A stretch of 64,000 bases of DNA from Eledone cirrhosa (lineage: Eukaryota): assembly GCA_964016885.1 (NCBI GenBank), contig CAXHJY010000575.1:44790-108789 (forward strand). The letters are read 5' to 3'. The notes below the pieces were generated by a model, which was not told the origin of the DNA, did no database searches, and saw nothing but the letters and a program-made list of their open reading frames with translations. The position numbers were made by a program, and so were the translations under genes. Within the stretch, counting starts at the first letter, position 1. The number at the start of each line of letters is the position of its first letter. Below, piece after piece: positions 1 through 15,000 of this stretch.

Positions 1-3000
1 GCTGATGAGATGTAATAACATCGAAACTAGTCCAATATTCCTGTCTAGCTTTCTGGAGAATAGAGGAAAGGTGTTTCCTCGAAAACCAGTATGACTCTAA
101 AAACCGGTTTGTCTGTGTGTTTACATACAGAATAGCTGAACACTCACAGTAAAGTGTCCAGTGAAAAACTCGGTACATCTACATATGTACACGTGTGTGT
201 ATTCATATGCATACTAATATTTCAGTATACATATGTGGATGTACATTTTTAACTTAATTGTTTAAGCGTCAGTCATACAAAAGTGAGTTACAAACGAAGC
301 GAAATTTAATTTCGTTTCGTTATTTGTTTTTATCGTCTCCGCTGAACCGGTACGTACTCACGCTCTATGCAAATTAGTCTGCCCACTACTAATTTTCATA
401 GAAAAAGCATATAACGATATGTGCTTTTACGATTCTCTAGAAAGGCCGGAATAGGTAAATATTGCAGATGAGATGTAATAACATCGAAACTAGTCCAATA
501 TTCCTGTCTAGCTTTCTGGAGAATAGAGGAAAGGTGTTTCCTCGAAAACCAGTATGACTCTAAAAACCGGTTTGTCTGTGTGTTTACATACAGAATAGCT
601 GAACACTCACAGTAAAGTGTCCAGTGAAAAACTCGGTACATCTACATATGTACACGTGTGTGTATTCATATGCATACTAATATTTCAGTATACATATGTG
701 GATGTACATTTTTAACTTAATTGTTTAAGCGTCAGTCATACAAAAGTGAGTTACAAACGAAGCGAAATTTAATTTCGTTTCGTTATTTGTTTTTATCGTC
801 TCCGCTGAACCGGTACGTACTCACGCTCTATGCAAATTAGTCTGCCCACTACTAATTTTCATAGAAAAAGCATATAACGATATGTGCTTTTACGATTCTC
901 TAGAAAGGCCGGAATAGGTAAATATTGCTGATGAGATGTAACAACATCGAAACTAGTCCAATATTCCTGTCTAGCTTTCTGGAGAATAGAGGAAAGGTGT
1001 TTCCTCGAAAACCAGTATGACTCTAAAAACCGGTTTGTCTGTGTGTTTACATACAGAATAGCTGAACACTCACAGTAAAGTGTCCAGTGAAAAACTCGGT
1101 ACATCTACATATGTACACGTGTGTGTATTCATATGCATACTAATATTTCAGTATACATATGTGGATGTACATTTTTAACTTAATTGTTTAAGCGTCAGTC
1201 ATACAAAAGTGAGTTACAAACGAAGCGAAATTTAATTTCGTTTCGTTATTTGTTTTTATCGTCTCCGCTGAACCGGTACGTACTCACGCTCTATGCAAAT
1301 TAGTCTGCCCACTACTAATTTTCATAGAAAAAGCATATAACGATATGTGCTTTTACGATTCTCTAGAAAGGCCGGAATAGGTAAATATTGCTGATGAGAT
1401 GTAATAACATCGAAACTAGTCCAATATTCCTGTCTAGCTTTCTGGAGAATAGAGGAAAGGTGTTTCCTCGAAAACCAGTATGACTCTAAAAACCGGTTTG
1501 TCTGTGTGTTTACATACAGAATAGCTGAACACTCACAGTAAAGTGTCCAGTGAAAAACTCGGTACATCTACATATGTACACGTGTGTGTATTCATATGCA
1601 TACTAATATTTCAGTATACATATGTGGATGTACATTTTTAACTTAATTGTTTAAGCGTCTGTTATACAAAAGTGAGTTACAAACGAAGCGAAATTTAATT
1701 TCGTTTCGTTATTTGTTTTTATCGTCTCCGCTGACCCGGTACGTACTCACGCTCTATGCAAATTAGTCTGCCCACTACTAATTTTCATAGAAAAAGCATA
1801 TAACGATATGTGCTTTTACGATTCTCCAGAAAGGCCGGAATAGGTAAATATTGCTGATGAGATGTAACAACATCGAAACTAGTCCAATATTCCTGTCTAG
1901 CTTTCTGGAGAATAGAGGAAAGGTGTTTCCTCGAAAACCAGTATGACTCTAAAAACCGGTTTGTCTGTGTGTTTACATACAGAATAGCTGAACACTCACA
2001 GTAAAGTGTCCAGTGAAAAACTCGGTACATCTACATATGTACACGTGTGTGTATTCATATGCATACTAATATTTCAGTATACTTATGTGGATGTACATTT
2101 TTAACTTAATTGTTTAAGCGTCAGTCATACAAAAGTGAGTTACAAACGAAGCGAAATTTAATTTCGTTTCGTTATTTGTTTTTATCGTCTCCGCTGAACC
2201 GGTACGTACTCACGCTCTATGCAAATTAGTCTGCCAACTACTCATTTTCATAGAAAAAGCATATAACGATATGTGCTTTTACTATTCTCCAGAAAGGCCG
2301 GAATAGGTAAATATTGCTGATGAGATGTAACAACATCGAAACTAGTCCAATATTCCTGTCTAGCTTTCTGGAGAATAGAGGAAAGGTGTTTCCTCGAAAA
2401 CCAGTATGACTCTAAAAACCGGTTTGTCTGTGTGTTTACATACAGAATAGCTGAACACTCACAGTAAAGTGTCCAGTGAAAAACTCGGTACATCTACATA
2501 TGTACACGTGTGTGTATTCATATGCATACTAATATTTCAGTATACATATGTGGATGTACATTTTTAACTTAATTGTTTAAGCGTCAGTCATACAAAAGTG
2601 AGTTACAAACGAAGCGAAATTTAATTTCGTTTCGTTATTTGTTTTTATCGTCTCCGCTGAACCGGTACGTACTCACGCTCTATGCAAATTAGTCTGCCCA
2701 CTACTAATTTTCATAGAAAAAGCATATAACGATATGTGCTTTTACGATTCTCTAGAAAGGCCGGAATAGGTAAATATTGCTGATGAGATGTAACAACATC
2801 GAAACTAGTCCAATATTCCTGTCTAGCTTTCTGGAGAATAGAGGAAAGGTGTTTCCTCGAAAACCAGTATGACTCTAAAAACCGGTTTGTCTGTGTGTTT
2901 ACATACAGAATAGCTGAACACTCACAGTAAAGTGTCCAGTGAAAAACTCGGTACATCTACATATGTACACGTGTGTGTATTCATATGCATACTAATATTT

Positions 3001-6000
3001 CAGTATACATATGTGGATGTACATTTTTAACTTAATTGTTTAAGCGTCAGTCATACAAAAGTGAGTTACAAACGAAGCGAAATTTAATTTCGTTTCGTTA
3101 TTTGTTTTTATCGTCTCCGCTGAACCGGTACGTACTCACGCTCTATGCAAATTAGTCTCCCACTACTAATTTTCATAGAAAAAGCATATAACGATATGTG
3201 CTTTTACGATTCTCTAGAAAGGCCGGAATAGGTAAATATTGCTGATGAGATGTAATAACATCGAAACTAGTCCAATATTCCTGTCTAGCTTTCTGGAGAA
3301 TAGAGGAAAGGTGTTTCCTCGAAAACCAGTATGACTCTAAAAACCGGTTTGTCTGTGTGTTTACATACAGAATAGCTGAACACTCACAGTAAAGTGTCCA
3401 GTGAAAAACTCGGTACATCTACATATGTACACGTGTGTGTATTCATATGCATACTAATATTTCAGTATACATATGTGGATGTACATTTTTAACTTAATTG
3501 TTTAAGCGTCTGTTATACAAAAGTGAGTTACAAACGAAGCGAAATTTAATTTCGTTTCGTTATTTGTTTTTATCGTCTCCGCTGACCCGGTACGTACTCA
3601 CGCTCTATGCAAATTAGTCTGCCCACTACTAATTTTCATAGAAAAAGCATATAACGATACGTGCTTTTACGATTCTCCAGAAAGGCCGGAATAGGTAAAT
3701 ATTGCTGATGAGATGTAACAACATCGAAACTAGTCCAATATTCCTGTCTAGCTTTCTGGAGAATAGAGGAAAGGTGTTTCCTCGAAAACCAGTATGACTC
3801 TAAAAACCGGTTTGTCTGTGTGTTTACATACAGAATAGCTGAACACTCACAGTAAAGTGTCCAGTGAAAAACTCGGTACATCTACATATGTACACGTGTG
3901 TGTATTCATATGCATACTAATATTTCAGTATACATATGTGGATGTACATTTTTAACTTAATTGTTTAAGCGTCAGTCATACAAAAGTGAGTTACAAACGA
4001 AGCGAAATTTAATTTCGTTTCGTTATTTGTTTTTATCGTCTCCGCTGAACCGGTACGTACTCACGCTCTATGCAAATTAGTCTGCCCACTACTAATTTTC
4101 ATAGAAAAAGCATATAACGATATGTGCTTTTACGATTCTCTAGAAAGGCCGGAATAGGTAAATATTGCTGATGAGATGTAACAACATCGAAACTAGTCCA
4201 ATATTCCTGTCTAGCTTTCTGGAGAATAGAGGAAAGGTGTTTCCTCGAAAACCAGTATGACTCTAAAAACCGGTTTGTCTGTGTGTTTACATACAGAATA
4301 GCTGAACACTCACAGTAAAGTGTCCAGTGAAAAACTCGGTACATCTACATATGTACACGTGTGTGTATTCATATGCATACTAATATTTCAGTATACATAT
4401 GTGGATGTACATTTTTAACTTAATTGTTTAAGCGTCAGTCATACAAAAGTGAGTTACAAACGAAGCGAAATTTAATTTCGTTTCGTTATTTGTTTTTATC
4501 GTCTCCGCTGAACCGGTACGTACTCACGCTCTATGCAAATTAGTCTCCCACTACTAATTTTCATAGAAAAAGCATATAACGATATGTGCTTTTACGATTC
4601 TCTAGAAAGGCCGGAATAGGTAAATATTGCTGATGAGATGTAATAACATCGAAACTAGTCCAATATTCCTGTCTAGCTTTCTGGAGAATAGAGGAAAGGT
4701 GTTTCCTCGAAAACCAGTATGACTCTAAAAACCGGTTTGTCTGTGTGTTTACATACAGAATAGCTGAACACTCACAGTAAAGTGTCCAGTGAAAAACTCG
4801 GTACATCTACATATGTACACGTGTGTGTATTCATATGCATACTAATATTTCAGTATACATATGTGGATGTACATTTTTAACTTAATTGTTTAAGCGTCTG
4901 TTATACAAAAGTGAGTTACAAACGAAGCGAAATTTAATTTCGTTTCGTTATTTGTTTTTATCGTCTCCGCTGACCCGGTACGTACTCACGCTCTATGCAA
5001 ATTAGTCTGCCCACTACTAATTTTCATAGAAAAAGCTTATAACGATACGTGCTTTTACGATTCTCCAGAAAGGCCGGAATAGGTAAATATTGCTGATGAG
5101 ATGTAACAACATCGAAACTAGTCCAATATTCCTGTCTAGCTTTCTGGAGAATAGAGGAAAGGTGTTTCCTCGAAAACCAGTATGACTCTAAAAACCGGTT
5201 TGTCTGTGTGTTTACATACAGAATAGCTGAACACTCACAGTAAAGTGTCCAGTGAAAAACTCGGTACATCTACATATGTACACGTGTGTGTATTCATATG
5301 CATACTAATATTTCAGTATACATATGTGGATGTACATTTTTAACTTAATTGTTTAAGCGTCAGTCATACAAAAGTGAGTTACAAACGAAGCGAAATTTAA
5401 TTTCGTTTCGTTATTTGTTTTTATCGTCTCCGCTGAACCGGTACGTACTCACGCTCTATGCAAATTAGTCTGCCCACTACTAATTTTCATAGAAAAAGCA
5501 TATAACGATATGTGCTTTTACGATTCTCTAGAAAGGCCGGAATAGGTAAATATTGCTGATGAGATGTAATAACATCGAAACTAGTCCAATATTCCTGTCT
5601 AGCTTTCTGGAGAATAGAGGAAAGGTGTTTCCTCGAAAACCAGTATGACTCTAAAAACCGGTTTGTCTGTGTGTTTACATACAGAATAGCTGAACACTCA
5701 CAGTAAAGTGTCCAGTGAAAAACTCGGTACATCTACATATGTACACGTGTGTGTATTCATATGCATACTAATATTTCAGTATACATATGTGGATGTACAT
5801 TTTTAACTTAATTGTTTAAGCGTCTGTTATACAAAAGTGAGTTACAAACGAAGCGAAATTTAATTTCGTTTCGTTATTTGTTTTTATCGTCTCCGCTGAC
5901 CCGGTACGTACTCACGCTCTATGCAAATTAGTCTGCCCACTACTAATTTTCATAGAAAAAGCATATAACGATATGTGCTTTTACGATTCTCCAGAAAGGC

Positions 6001-9000
6001 CGGAATAGGTAAATATTGCTGATGAGATGTAACAACATCGAAACTAGTCCAATATTCCTGTCTAGCTTTCTGGAGAATAGAGGAAAAGTGTTTCCTCGAA
6101 AACCAGTATGACTCTAAAAACCGGTTTGTCTGTGTGTTTACATACAGAATAGCTGAACACTCACAGTAAAGTGTCCAGTGAAAAACTCGGTACATCTACA
6201 TATGTACACGTGTGTGTATTCATATGCATACTAATATTTCAGTATACATATGTGGATGTACATTTTTAACTTAATTGTTTAAGCGTCTGTCATACAAAAG
6301 TGAGTTACAAACGAAGCGAAATTTAATTTCGTTTCGTTATTTGTTTTTATCGTCTCCGCTGAACCGGTACGTACTCACGTTCTATGCAAATTAGTCTGCC
6401 CACTACTAATTTTCATAGAAAAAGCATATAACGATATGTGCTTTTACGATTCTCCAGAAAGGCCGGAATAGGTAAATATTGCTGATGAGATGTAACAACA
6501 TCGAAACTAGTCCAATATTCCTGTCTAGCTTTCTGGAGAATAGAGGAAAGGTGTTTCCTCGAAAACCAGTATGACTCTAAAAACCGGTTTGTCTGTGTGT
6601 TTACATACAGAATAGCTGAACACTCACAGTAAAGTGTCCAGTGAAAAACTCGGTACATCTACATATGTACACGTGTATGTATTCATATGCATACTAATAT
6701 TTCAGTATACATATGTGGATGTACATTTTTAACTTAATTGTTTAAGCGTCAGTCATACAAAAGTGAGTTACAAACGAAGCGAAATTTAATTTCGTTTCGT
6801 TATTTGTTTTTATTGTCTCCGCTGAACCGGTACGTACTCACGCTCTATGCAAATTAGTCTGCCCACTACTAATTTTCATAGAAAAAGCATATAACGATAT
6901 GTGCTTTTACGATTCTCTAGAAAGGCCGGAATAGGTAAATATTGCTGATGAGATGTAACAACATCGAAACTAGTCCAATATTCCTGTCTAGCTTTCTGGA
7001 GAATAGAGGAAAGGTGTTTCCTCGAAAACCAGTATGACTCTAAAAACCGGTTTGTCTGTGTGTTTACATACAGAATAGCTGAACACTCACAGTAAAGTGT
7101 CCAGTGAAAAACTCGGTACATCTACATATGTACACGTGTGTGTATTCATATGCATACTAATATTTCAGTATACTTATGTGGATGTACATTTTTAACTTAA
7201 TTGTTTAAGCGTCAGTCATACAAAAGTGAGTTACAAACGAAGCGAAATTTAATTTCGTTTCGTTATTTGTTTTTATCGTCTCCGCTGAACCGGTACGTAC
7301 TCACGCTCTATGCAAATTAGTCTGCCAACTACTCATTTTCATAGGCCGGAATAGGTAAATATTGCTGATGAGATGTAACAACATCGAAACTAGTCCAATA
7401 TTCCTGTCTAGCTTTCTGGAGAATAGAGGAAAGGTGTTTCCTCGAAAACCAGTATGACTCTAAAAACCGGTTTGTCTGTGTGTTTACATACAGAATAGCT
7501 GAACACTCACAGTAAAGTGTCCAGTGAAAAACTCGGTACATCTACATATGTACACGTGTGTGTATTCATATGCATACTAATATTTCAGTATACATATGTG
7601 GATGTACATTTTTAACTTAATTGTTTAAGCGTCAGTCATACAAAAGTGAGTTACAAACGAAGCGAAATTTAATTTCGTTTCGTTATTTGTTTTTATCGTC
7701 TCCGCTGAACCGGTACGTACTCACGCTCTATGCAAATTAGTCTGCCCACTACTAATTTTCATAGAAAAAGCATATAACGATATGTGCTTTTACGATTCTC
7801 TAGAAAGGCCGGAATAGGTAAATATTGCTGATGAGATGTAACAACATCGAAACTAGTCCAATATTCCTGTCTAGCTTTCTGGAGAATAGAGGAAAGGTGT
7901 TTCCTCGAAAACCAGTATGACTCTAAAAACCGGTTTGTCTGTGTGTTTACATACAGAATAGCTGAACACTCACAGTAAAGTGTCCAGTGAAAAACTCGGT
8001 ACATCTACATATGTACACGTGTGTGTATTCATATGCATACTAATATTTCAGTATACATATGTGGATGTACATTTTTAACTTAATTGTTTAAGCGTCAGTC
8101 ATACAAAAGTGAGTTACAAACGAAGCGAAATTTAATTTCGTTTCGTTATTTGTTTTTATCGTCTCCGCTGAACCGGTACGTACTCACGCTCTATGCAAAT
8201 TAGTCTGCCCACTACTAATTTTCATAGAAAAAGCATATAACGATATGTGCTTTTACGATTCTCTAGAAAGGCCGGAATAGGTAAATATTGCTGATGAGAT
8301 GTAACAACATCGAAACTAGTCCAATATTCCTGTCTAGCTTTCTGGAGAATAGAGGAAAGGTGTTTCCTCGAAAACCAGTATGACTCTAAAAACCGGTTTG
8401 TCTGTGTGTTTACATACAGAATAGCTGAACACTCACAGTAAAGTGTCCAGTGAAAAACTCGGTACATCTACATATGTACACGTGTGTGTATTCATATGCA
8501 TACTAATATTTCAGTATACATATGTGGATGTACATTTTTAACTTAATTGTTTAAGCGTCAGTCATACAAAAGTGAGTTACAAACGAAGCGAAATTTAATT
8601 TCGTTTCGTTATTTGTTTTTATCGTCTCCGCTGAACCGGTACGTACTCACGCTCTATGCAAATTAGTCTGCCCACTACTAATTTTCATAGAAAAAGCATA
8701 TAACGATATGTGCTTTTACGATTCTCTAGAAAGGCCGGAATAGGTAAATATTGCTGATGAGATGTAACAACATCGAAACTAGTCCAATATTCCTGTCTAG
8801 CTTTCTGGAGAATAGAGGAAAGGTGTTTCCTCGAAAACCAGTATGACTCTAAAAACCGGTTTGTCTGTTTGTTTACATACAGAATAGCTGAACACTCACA
8901 GTAAAGTGTCCAGTGAAAAACTCGGTACATCTACATATGTACACGTGTGTGTATTCATATGCATACTAATATTTCAGTATACATATGTGGATGTACATTT

Positions 9001-12000
9001 TTAACTTAATTGTTTAAACATCAGTCATACAAAAGTGAGTTACAAACGAAGCGAAATTTAATTTCGTTTCGTTATTTGTTTTTATCGTCTACGCTGAACC
9101 GGTACGTACTCACGCTCTATGCAAATTAGTCTGCCCACTACTAATTTTCATAGAAAAAGCATATAACGATATGTGCTTTTACGATTCTCTAGAAAGGCCG
9201 GAATAGGTAAATATTGCTGATGAGATGTAACAACATCGAAACTAGTCCAATATTCCTGTCTAGCTTTCTGGATAATAGAGGAAAGGTGTTTCCTCGAAAA
9301 CTAGTATGACTCTAAAAACCGATTTGTCTGTGTGTTTACATACAGAATAGCTGAACACTCACAGTAAAGTGTCCAGTGAAAAACTCGGTACATCTACATA
9401 TGTACACGTGTGTGTATTCATATGCATACTAATATTTCAGTATACATATGTGGATGTACATTTTTAACTTAATTGTTTAAGCGTCAGTCATACAAAAGTG
9501 AGTTACAAACGAAGCAAAATTTAATTTCGTTTCGTTATTTGTTTTTATCGTCTCCGCTGAACCGGTACGTACTCACGCTCTATGCAAATTAGTCTGCCCA
9601 CTACTAATTTTCATAGAAAAAGCATATAACGATATGTGCTTTTACGATTCTCTAGAAAGGCCGGAATAGGTAAATATTGCTGATGAGATGTAACAACATC
9701 GAAGCTAGTCCAATATTCCTGTCTAGCTTTCTGGAGAATAGAGGAAAGGTGTTTCCTCGAAAACCAGTATGACTCTAAAAACCGGTTTGTCTGTGTGTTT
9801 ACATACAGAATAGCTGAACACTCACAGTAAAGTGTCCAGTGAAAAACTCGGTACATCTACATATGTACACATGTGTGTATTCATATGCATACTAATATTT
9901 CAGTATACATATGTGGATGTACATTTTTAACTTAATTGTTTAAGCGTCAGTCATACAAAAGTGAGTTACAAACGAAGCGAAATTTAATTTCGTTTCGTTA
10001 TTTGTTTTTATCGTCTCCGCTGAACCGGTACGTACTCACGCTCTATGCAAATTAGTCTGCCCACTACTAATTTTCATAGAAAAAGCATATAACGTTATGT
10101 GCTTTTACGATTCTCTAGAAAGGCCGGAATAGGTAAATATTGCTGATGAGATGTAACAACATCGAAACTAGTCCAATATTCCTGTCTAGCTTTCTGGAGA
10201 ATAGAGGAAAGGTGTTTCCTCGAAAATCAGTATGACTCTAAAAACCGGTTTGTCTGTGTGTTTACATACAGAATAGCTGAACACTCACAGTAAAGTGTCC
10301 AGTGAAAAACTCGGTACATCTACATATGTACACGTGTGTGTATTCATATGCATACTAATATTTCAGTATACATATGTGGATGTACATTTTTAACTTAATT
10401 GTTTAAGCGTCTGTCATACAAAAGTGAGTTACAAACGAAGCGAAATTTAATTTCGTTTCGTTATTTGTTTTTATCGTCTCCGCTTAACCGGTACGTACTC
10501 ACGCTCTATGCAAATTAGTCTGCCCACTACTAATTTTCATAGAAAAAGCATATAACGATATGTGCTTTTACGATTCTCTAGAAAGGCCGGAATAGGTAAA
10601 TATTGCTGATGAGATGTAACAACATCGAAACTAGTCCAATATTCCTGTCTAGCTTTCTGGAGAATAGAGGAAAGGTGTTTCCTCGAAAACGAGTATGACT
10701 CTAAAAACCGGTTTGTCTGTGTGTTTACATACAGAATAGCTGAACACTCACAGTAAAGTGTCCAGTGAAAAACTCGGTACATCTACATATGTACACGTGT
10801 GTGTATTCATATGCATACTAATATTTCAGTATACATATGTGGATGTACATTTTTAACTTAATTGTTTAAGCGTCAGTCATACAAAAGTGAGTTACAAACG
10901 AAGCGAAATTTAATTTCGTTTCGTTATTTGTTTTTATCGTCTCCGCTGAACCGGTACGTACTCACGCTCTATGCAAATTAGTCTGCCCACTACTAATTTT
11001 CATAGAAAAAGCATATAACGATATGTGCTTTTACGATTCTCTAGAAAGGCCGGAATAGGTAAATATTGCTGATGAGATGTAACAACATCGAAACTAGTCC
11101 AATATTCCTGTCTAGCTTTCTGGAGAATAGAGGAAAGGTGTTTCCTCGAAAACCAGTATGACTCTAAAAACCGGTTTGTCTGTGTGTTTACATACAGAAT
11201 AGCTGAACACTCACAGTAAAGTTCCAGTGAAAAACTCGGTACATCTACATATGTACACGTGTGTGTATTCATATGCATACTAATATTTCAGTATACATAT
11301 GTGGATGTACATTTTTAACTTAATTGTTTAAGCGTCTGTCATACAAAAGTGAGTTACAAACGAAGCGAAATTTAATTTCGTTTCGTTATTTGTTTTTATC
11401 GTCTCCGCTGAACCGATACGTACTCACGCTCTATGCAAATTAGTCTGCCCACTACTAATTTTCATAGAAAAAGCATATAACGATATGTACTTTTACGATT
11501 CTCTAGAAAGGCCGGAATAGGTAAATATTGCTGATGAGATGTAACAACATCGAAACTAGTCCCAATATTCCTGTCTAGCTTTCTGGAGAATAGAGGAAAG
11601 GTGTTTCCTCGAAAACCAGTATGACTCTAAAAACCGGTTTGTCTGTTTGTTTACATACAGAATAGCTGAACACTCACAGTAAAGTGTCCAGTGAAAAACT
11701 CGGTACATCTACATATGTACACGTGTGTGTATTCATATGCATACTAATATTTCAGTATACATATGTGGATGTACATTTTTAACTTAATTGTTTAAGCGTC
11801 AGTCATACAAAAGTGAGTTACAAACGAAGCGAAATTTAATTTCGTTTCGTTATTTGTTTTTATCGTCTCCGCTTAACCGGTACGTACTCACGCTCTATGC
11901 AAATTAGTCTGCCCACTACTAATTTTCATAGAAAAAGCATATAACGATATGTGCTTTTACGATTCTCTAGAAAGGCCGGAATAGGTAAATATTGCTGATG

Positions 12001-15000
12001 AGATGTAACAACATCGAAACTAGTCCAATATTCCTGTCTAGCTTTCTGGAGAATAGAGGAAAGGTGTTTCCTCGAAAACGAGTATGACTCTAAAAACCGG
12101 TTTGTCTGTGTGTTTACATACAGAATAGCTGAACACTCACAGTAAAGTGTCCAGTGAAAAACTCGGTACATCTACATATGTACACGTGTGTGTATTCATA
12201 TGCATACTAATATTTCAGTATACATATGTGGATGTACATTTTTAACTTAATTGTTTAAGCGTCAGTCATACAAAAGTGAGTTACAAACGAAGCGAAATTT
12301 AATTTCGTTTCGTTATTTGTTTTCATCGTCTCCGCTGAACCGCTACGTACTCACGCTCTATGCAAATTAGTCTGCCCACTACTAATTTTCATAGAAAAAG
12401 CATATAACGATATGTGCTTTTACGATTCTCTAGAAAGGCCGGAATAGGTAAATATTGCTGATGAGATGTAACAACATCGAAACTAGTCCAATATTCCTGT
12501 CTAGCTTTCTGGAGAATAGAGGAAAGGTGTTTCCTCGAAAACCAGTATGACTCTAAAAACCGGTTTGTCTGTGTGTTTACATACAGAATAGCTGAACACT
12601 CACAGTAAAGTGTCCAGTGAAAAACTCGGTACATCTACATATGTACACGTGTGTGTATTCATATGCATACTAATATTTCAGTATACATATGTGGATGTAC
12701 ATTTTTAACTTAATTGTTTAAGCGTCAGTCATACAAAAGTGAGTTACAAACGAAGCGAAATTTATTTTCGTTTCGTTATTTGTTTTCATCATCTCCGCTG
12801 AACCGGTACGTACTCACGCTCTATGCAAATTAGTCTGCCCACTACTAATTTTCATAGAAAAAGCATATAACGATATGTGCTTTTACGATTCTCTAGAAAG
12901 GCCGGAATAGGTAAATATTGCTGATGAGATGTAACAACATCGAAACTAGTCCAATATTCCTGTCTAGCTTTCTGGAGAATAGAGGAAAGGTGTTTCCTCG
13001 AAAACCAGTATGACTCTAAAAACCGGTTTGTCTGTGTGTTTACATACAGAATAGCTGAACACTCACAGTAAAGTGTCCAGTGAAAAACTCGGTACATCTA
13101 CATATGTACACGTGTGTGTATTCATATGCATACTAATATTTCAGTATACATATGTGGATGTACATTTTTAACTTAATTGTTTAAGCGTCAGTCATACAAA
13201 AGTGAGTTACAAACGAAGCGAAATTTATTTTCGTTTCGTTATTTGTTTTCATCATCTCCGCTGAACCGGTACGTACTCACGCTCTATGCAAATTAGTCTG
13301 CCCACTACTAATTTTCATAGAAAAAGCATATAACGATATGTGCTTTTACGATTCTCTAGAAAGGCCGAAATAGGTAAATATTGCTGATGAGATGTAACAA
13401 CATCGAAACTAGTCCAATATTCCTGTCTAGCTTTCTGGAGAATAGAGGAAAGGTGTTTCCTCGAAAACCAGTATGACTTTAAAAACCGGTTTGTCTGTGT
13501 GTTTACATACAGAATAGCTGAACACTCACGGTAAAGTGTCCAGTGAAAAACTCGGTACATCTACATATGTACACGTGTGTGTATTCATATGCATACTAAT
13601 ATTTCAGTATACATATGTGGATGTACATTTTTAACTTAATTGTTTAAGCGTCAGTCATACAAATGTGAGTTACAAACGAAGCAAAATTTAATTTCGTTTC
13701 GTTATTTGTTTTTATCGTCTACGCTGAACCGGTACGTACTCACGCTCTATGCAAATTAATCTGCCCACTACTAATTTTCATAGAAAAAGCATATAACGAT
13801 ATGTGCTTTTACGATTCTCTAGAAAGGCCGGAATAGGTAAATATTGCTGATGAGATGTAACAACATCGAAACTAGTCCAATATTCCTGTCTAGCTTTCTT
13901 GAGAATAGAGGAAAGGTGTTTCCTCGAAAACCAGTATGACTCTAAAAACCGGTTTGTCTGTGTGTTTACATACAGAATAGCTGAACACTCAGAGTAAAGT
14001 GTCCAGTGAAAAACTTGGTACATCTACATATGTACACGTGTGTGTATTCATATGCATACTAATATTTCAGTATACATATGTGGATGTACATTTTTAACTT
14101 AATTGTTTAAGCGTCTGTCCTACAAAAGTGAGTTACAAACGAAGCGAAATTTAATTTCGTTTCGTTATTTGTTTTTATCGTCTCCGCTGAACCGGTACGT
14201 ACACACGCTCTATGCAAATTAATCTGCCCACTACTAATTTTCATAGAAAAAGCATATAACGATATGTGCTTTTACGATTCTCTAGAAAGGCCGGAATAGG
14301 TAAATATTGCTGATGAGATGTAACAACATCGAAACTAGTCCAATATTCCTGTCTAGCTTTCTGGAGAATAGAGGAAAGGTGTTTCCTCGAAAACCAGTAT
14401 GACTCTAAAAACCGGTTTGTCTGTGTGTTTACATACAGAATAGCTGAACACTCACAGTAAAGTGTCCAGTGAAAAACTCGGTACATCTACATATGTACAC
14501 GTGTGTGTATTCATATGCATACTAATATTTCAGTATACATATGTGGATGTACATTTTTAACTTAATTGTTTAAGCGTCAGTCATACAAAAGTGAGTTACA
14601 AACGAAGCGAAATTTAATTTCGTTTCGTTATTTGTTTTCATCGTCTCCGCTGAACCGGTACGTACTCACGCTCTATGCAAATTAGTCTGCCCACTACTAA
14701 TTTTCATAGAAAAAGCATATAACGATATGTGCTTTTACGATTCTCTAGAAAGGCCGGAATAGGTAAATATTGCTGATGAGATGTAACAACATCGAAACTA
14801 GTCCAATATTCCTGTCTAGCTTTCTGGAGAATAGAGGAAAGGTGTTTCCTCGAAAACCAGTATGACTCTAAAAACCGGTTTGTCTGTGTGTTTACATACA
14901 GAATAGCTGAACACTCACAGTAAAGTGTCCAGTGAAAAACTCGGTACATCTACATATGTACACGTGTGTGTATTCATATGCATACTAATATTTCAGTATA

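Noticed and set aside
396-14949. About 30 copies of an 81-aa ORF on the minus strand
   Set aside because: It is a by-product of the repeat. It is antisense to the ribozyme strand, has no recognisable domain, and is broken by stops or frameshifts in several monomers.
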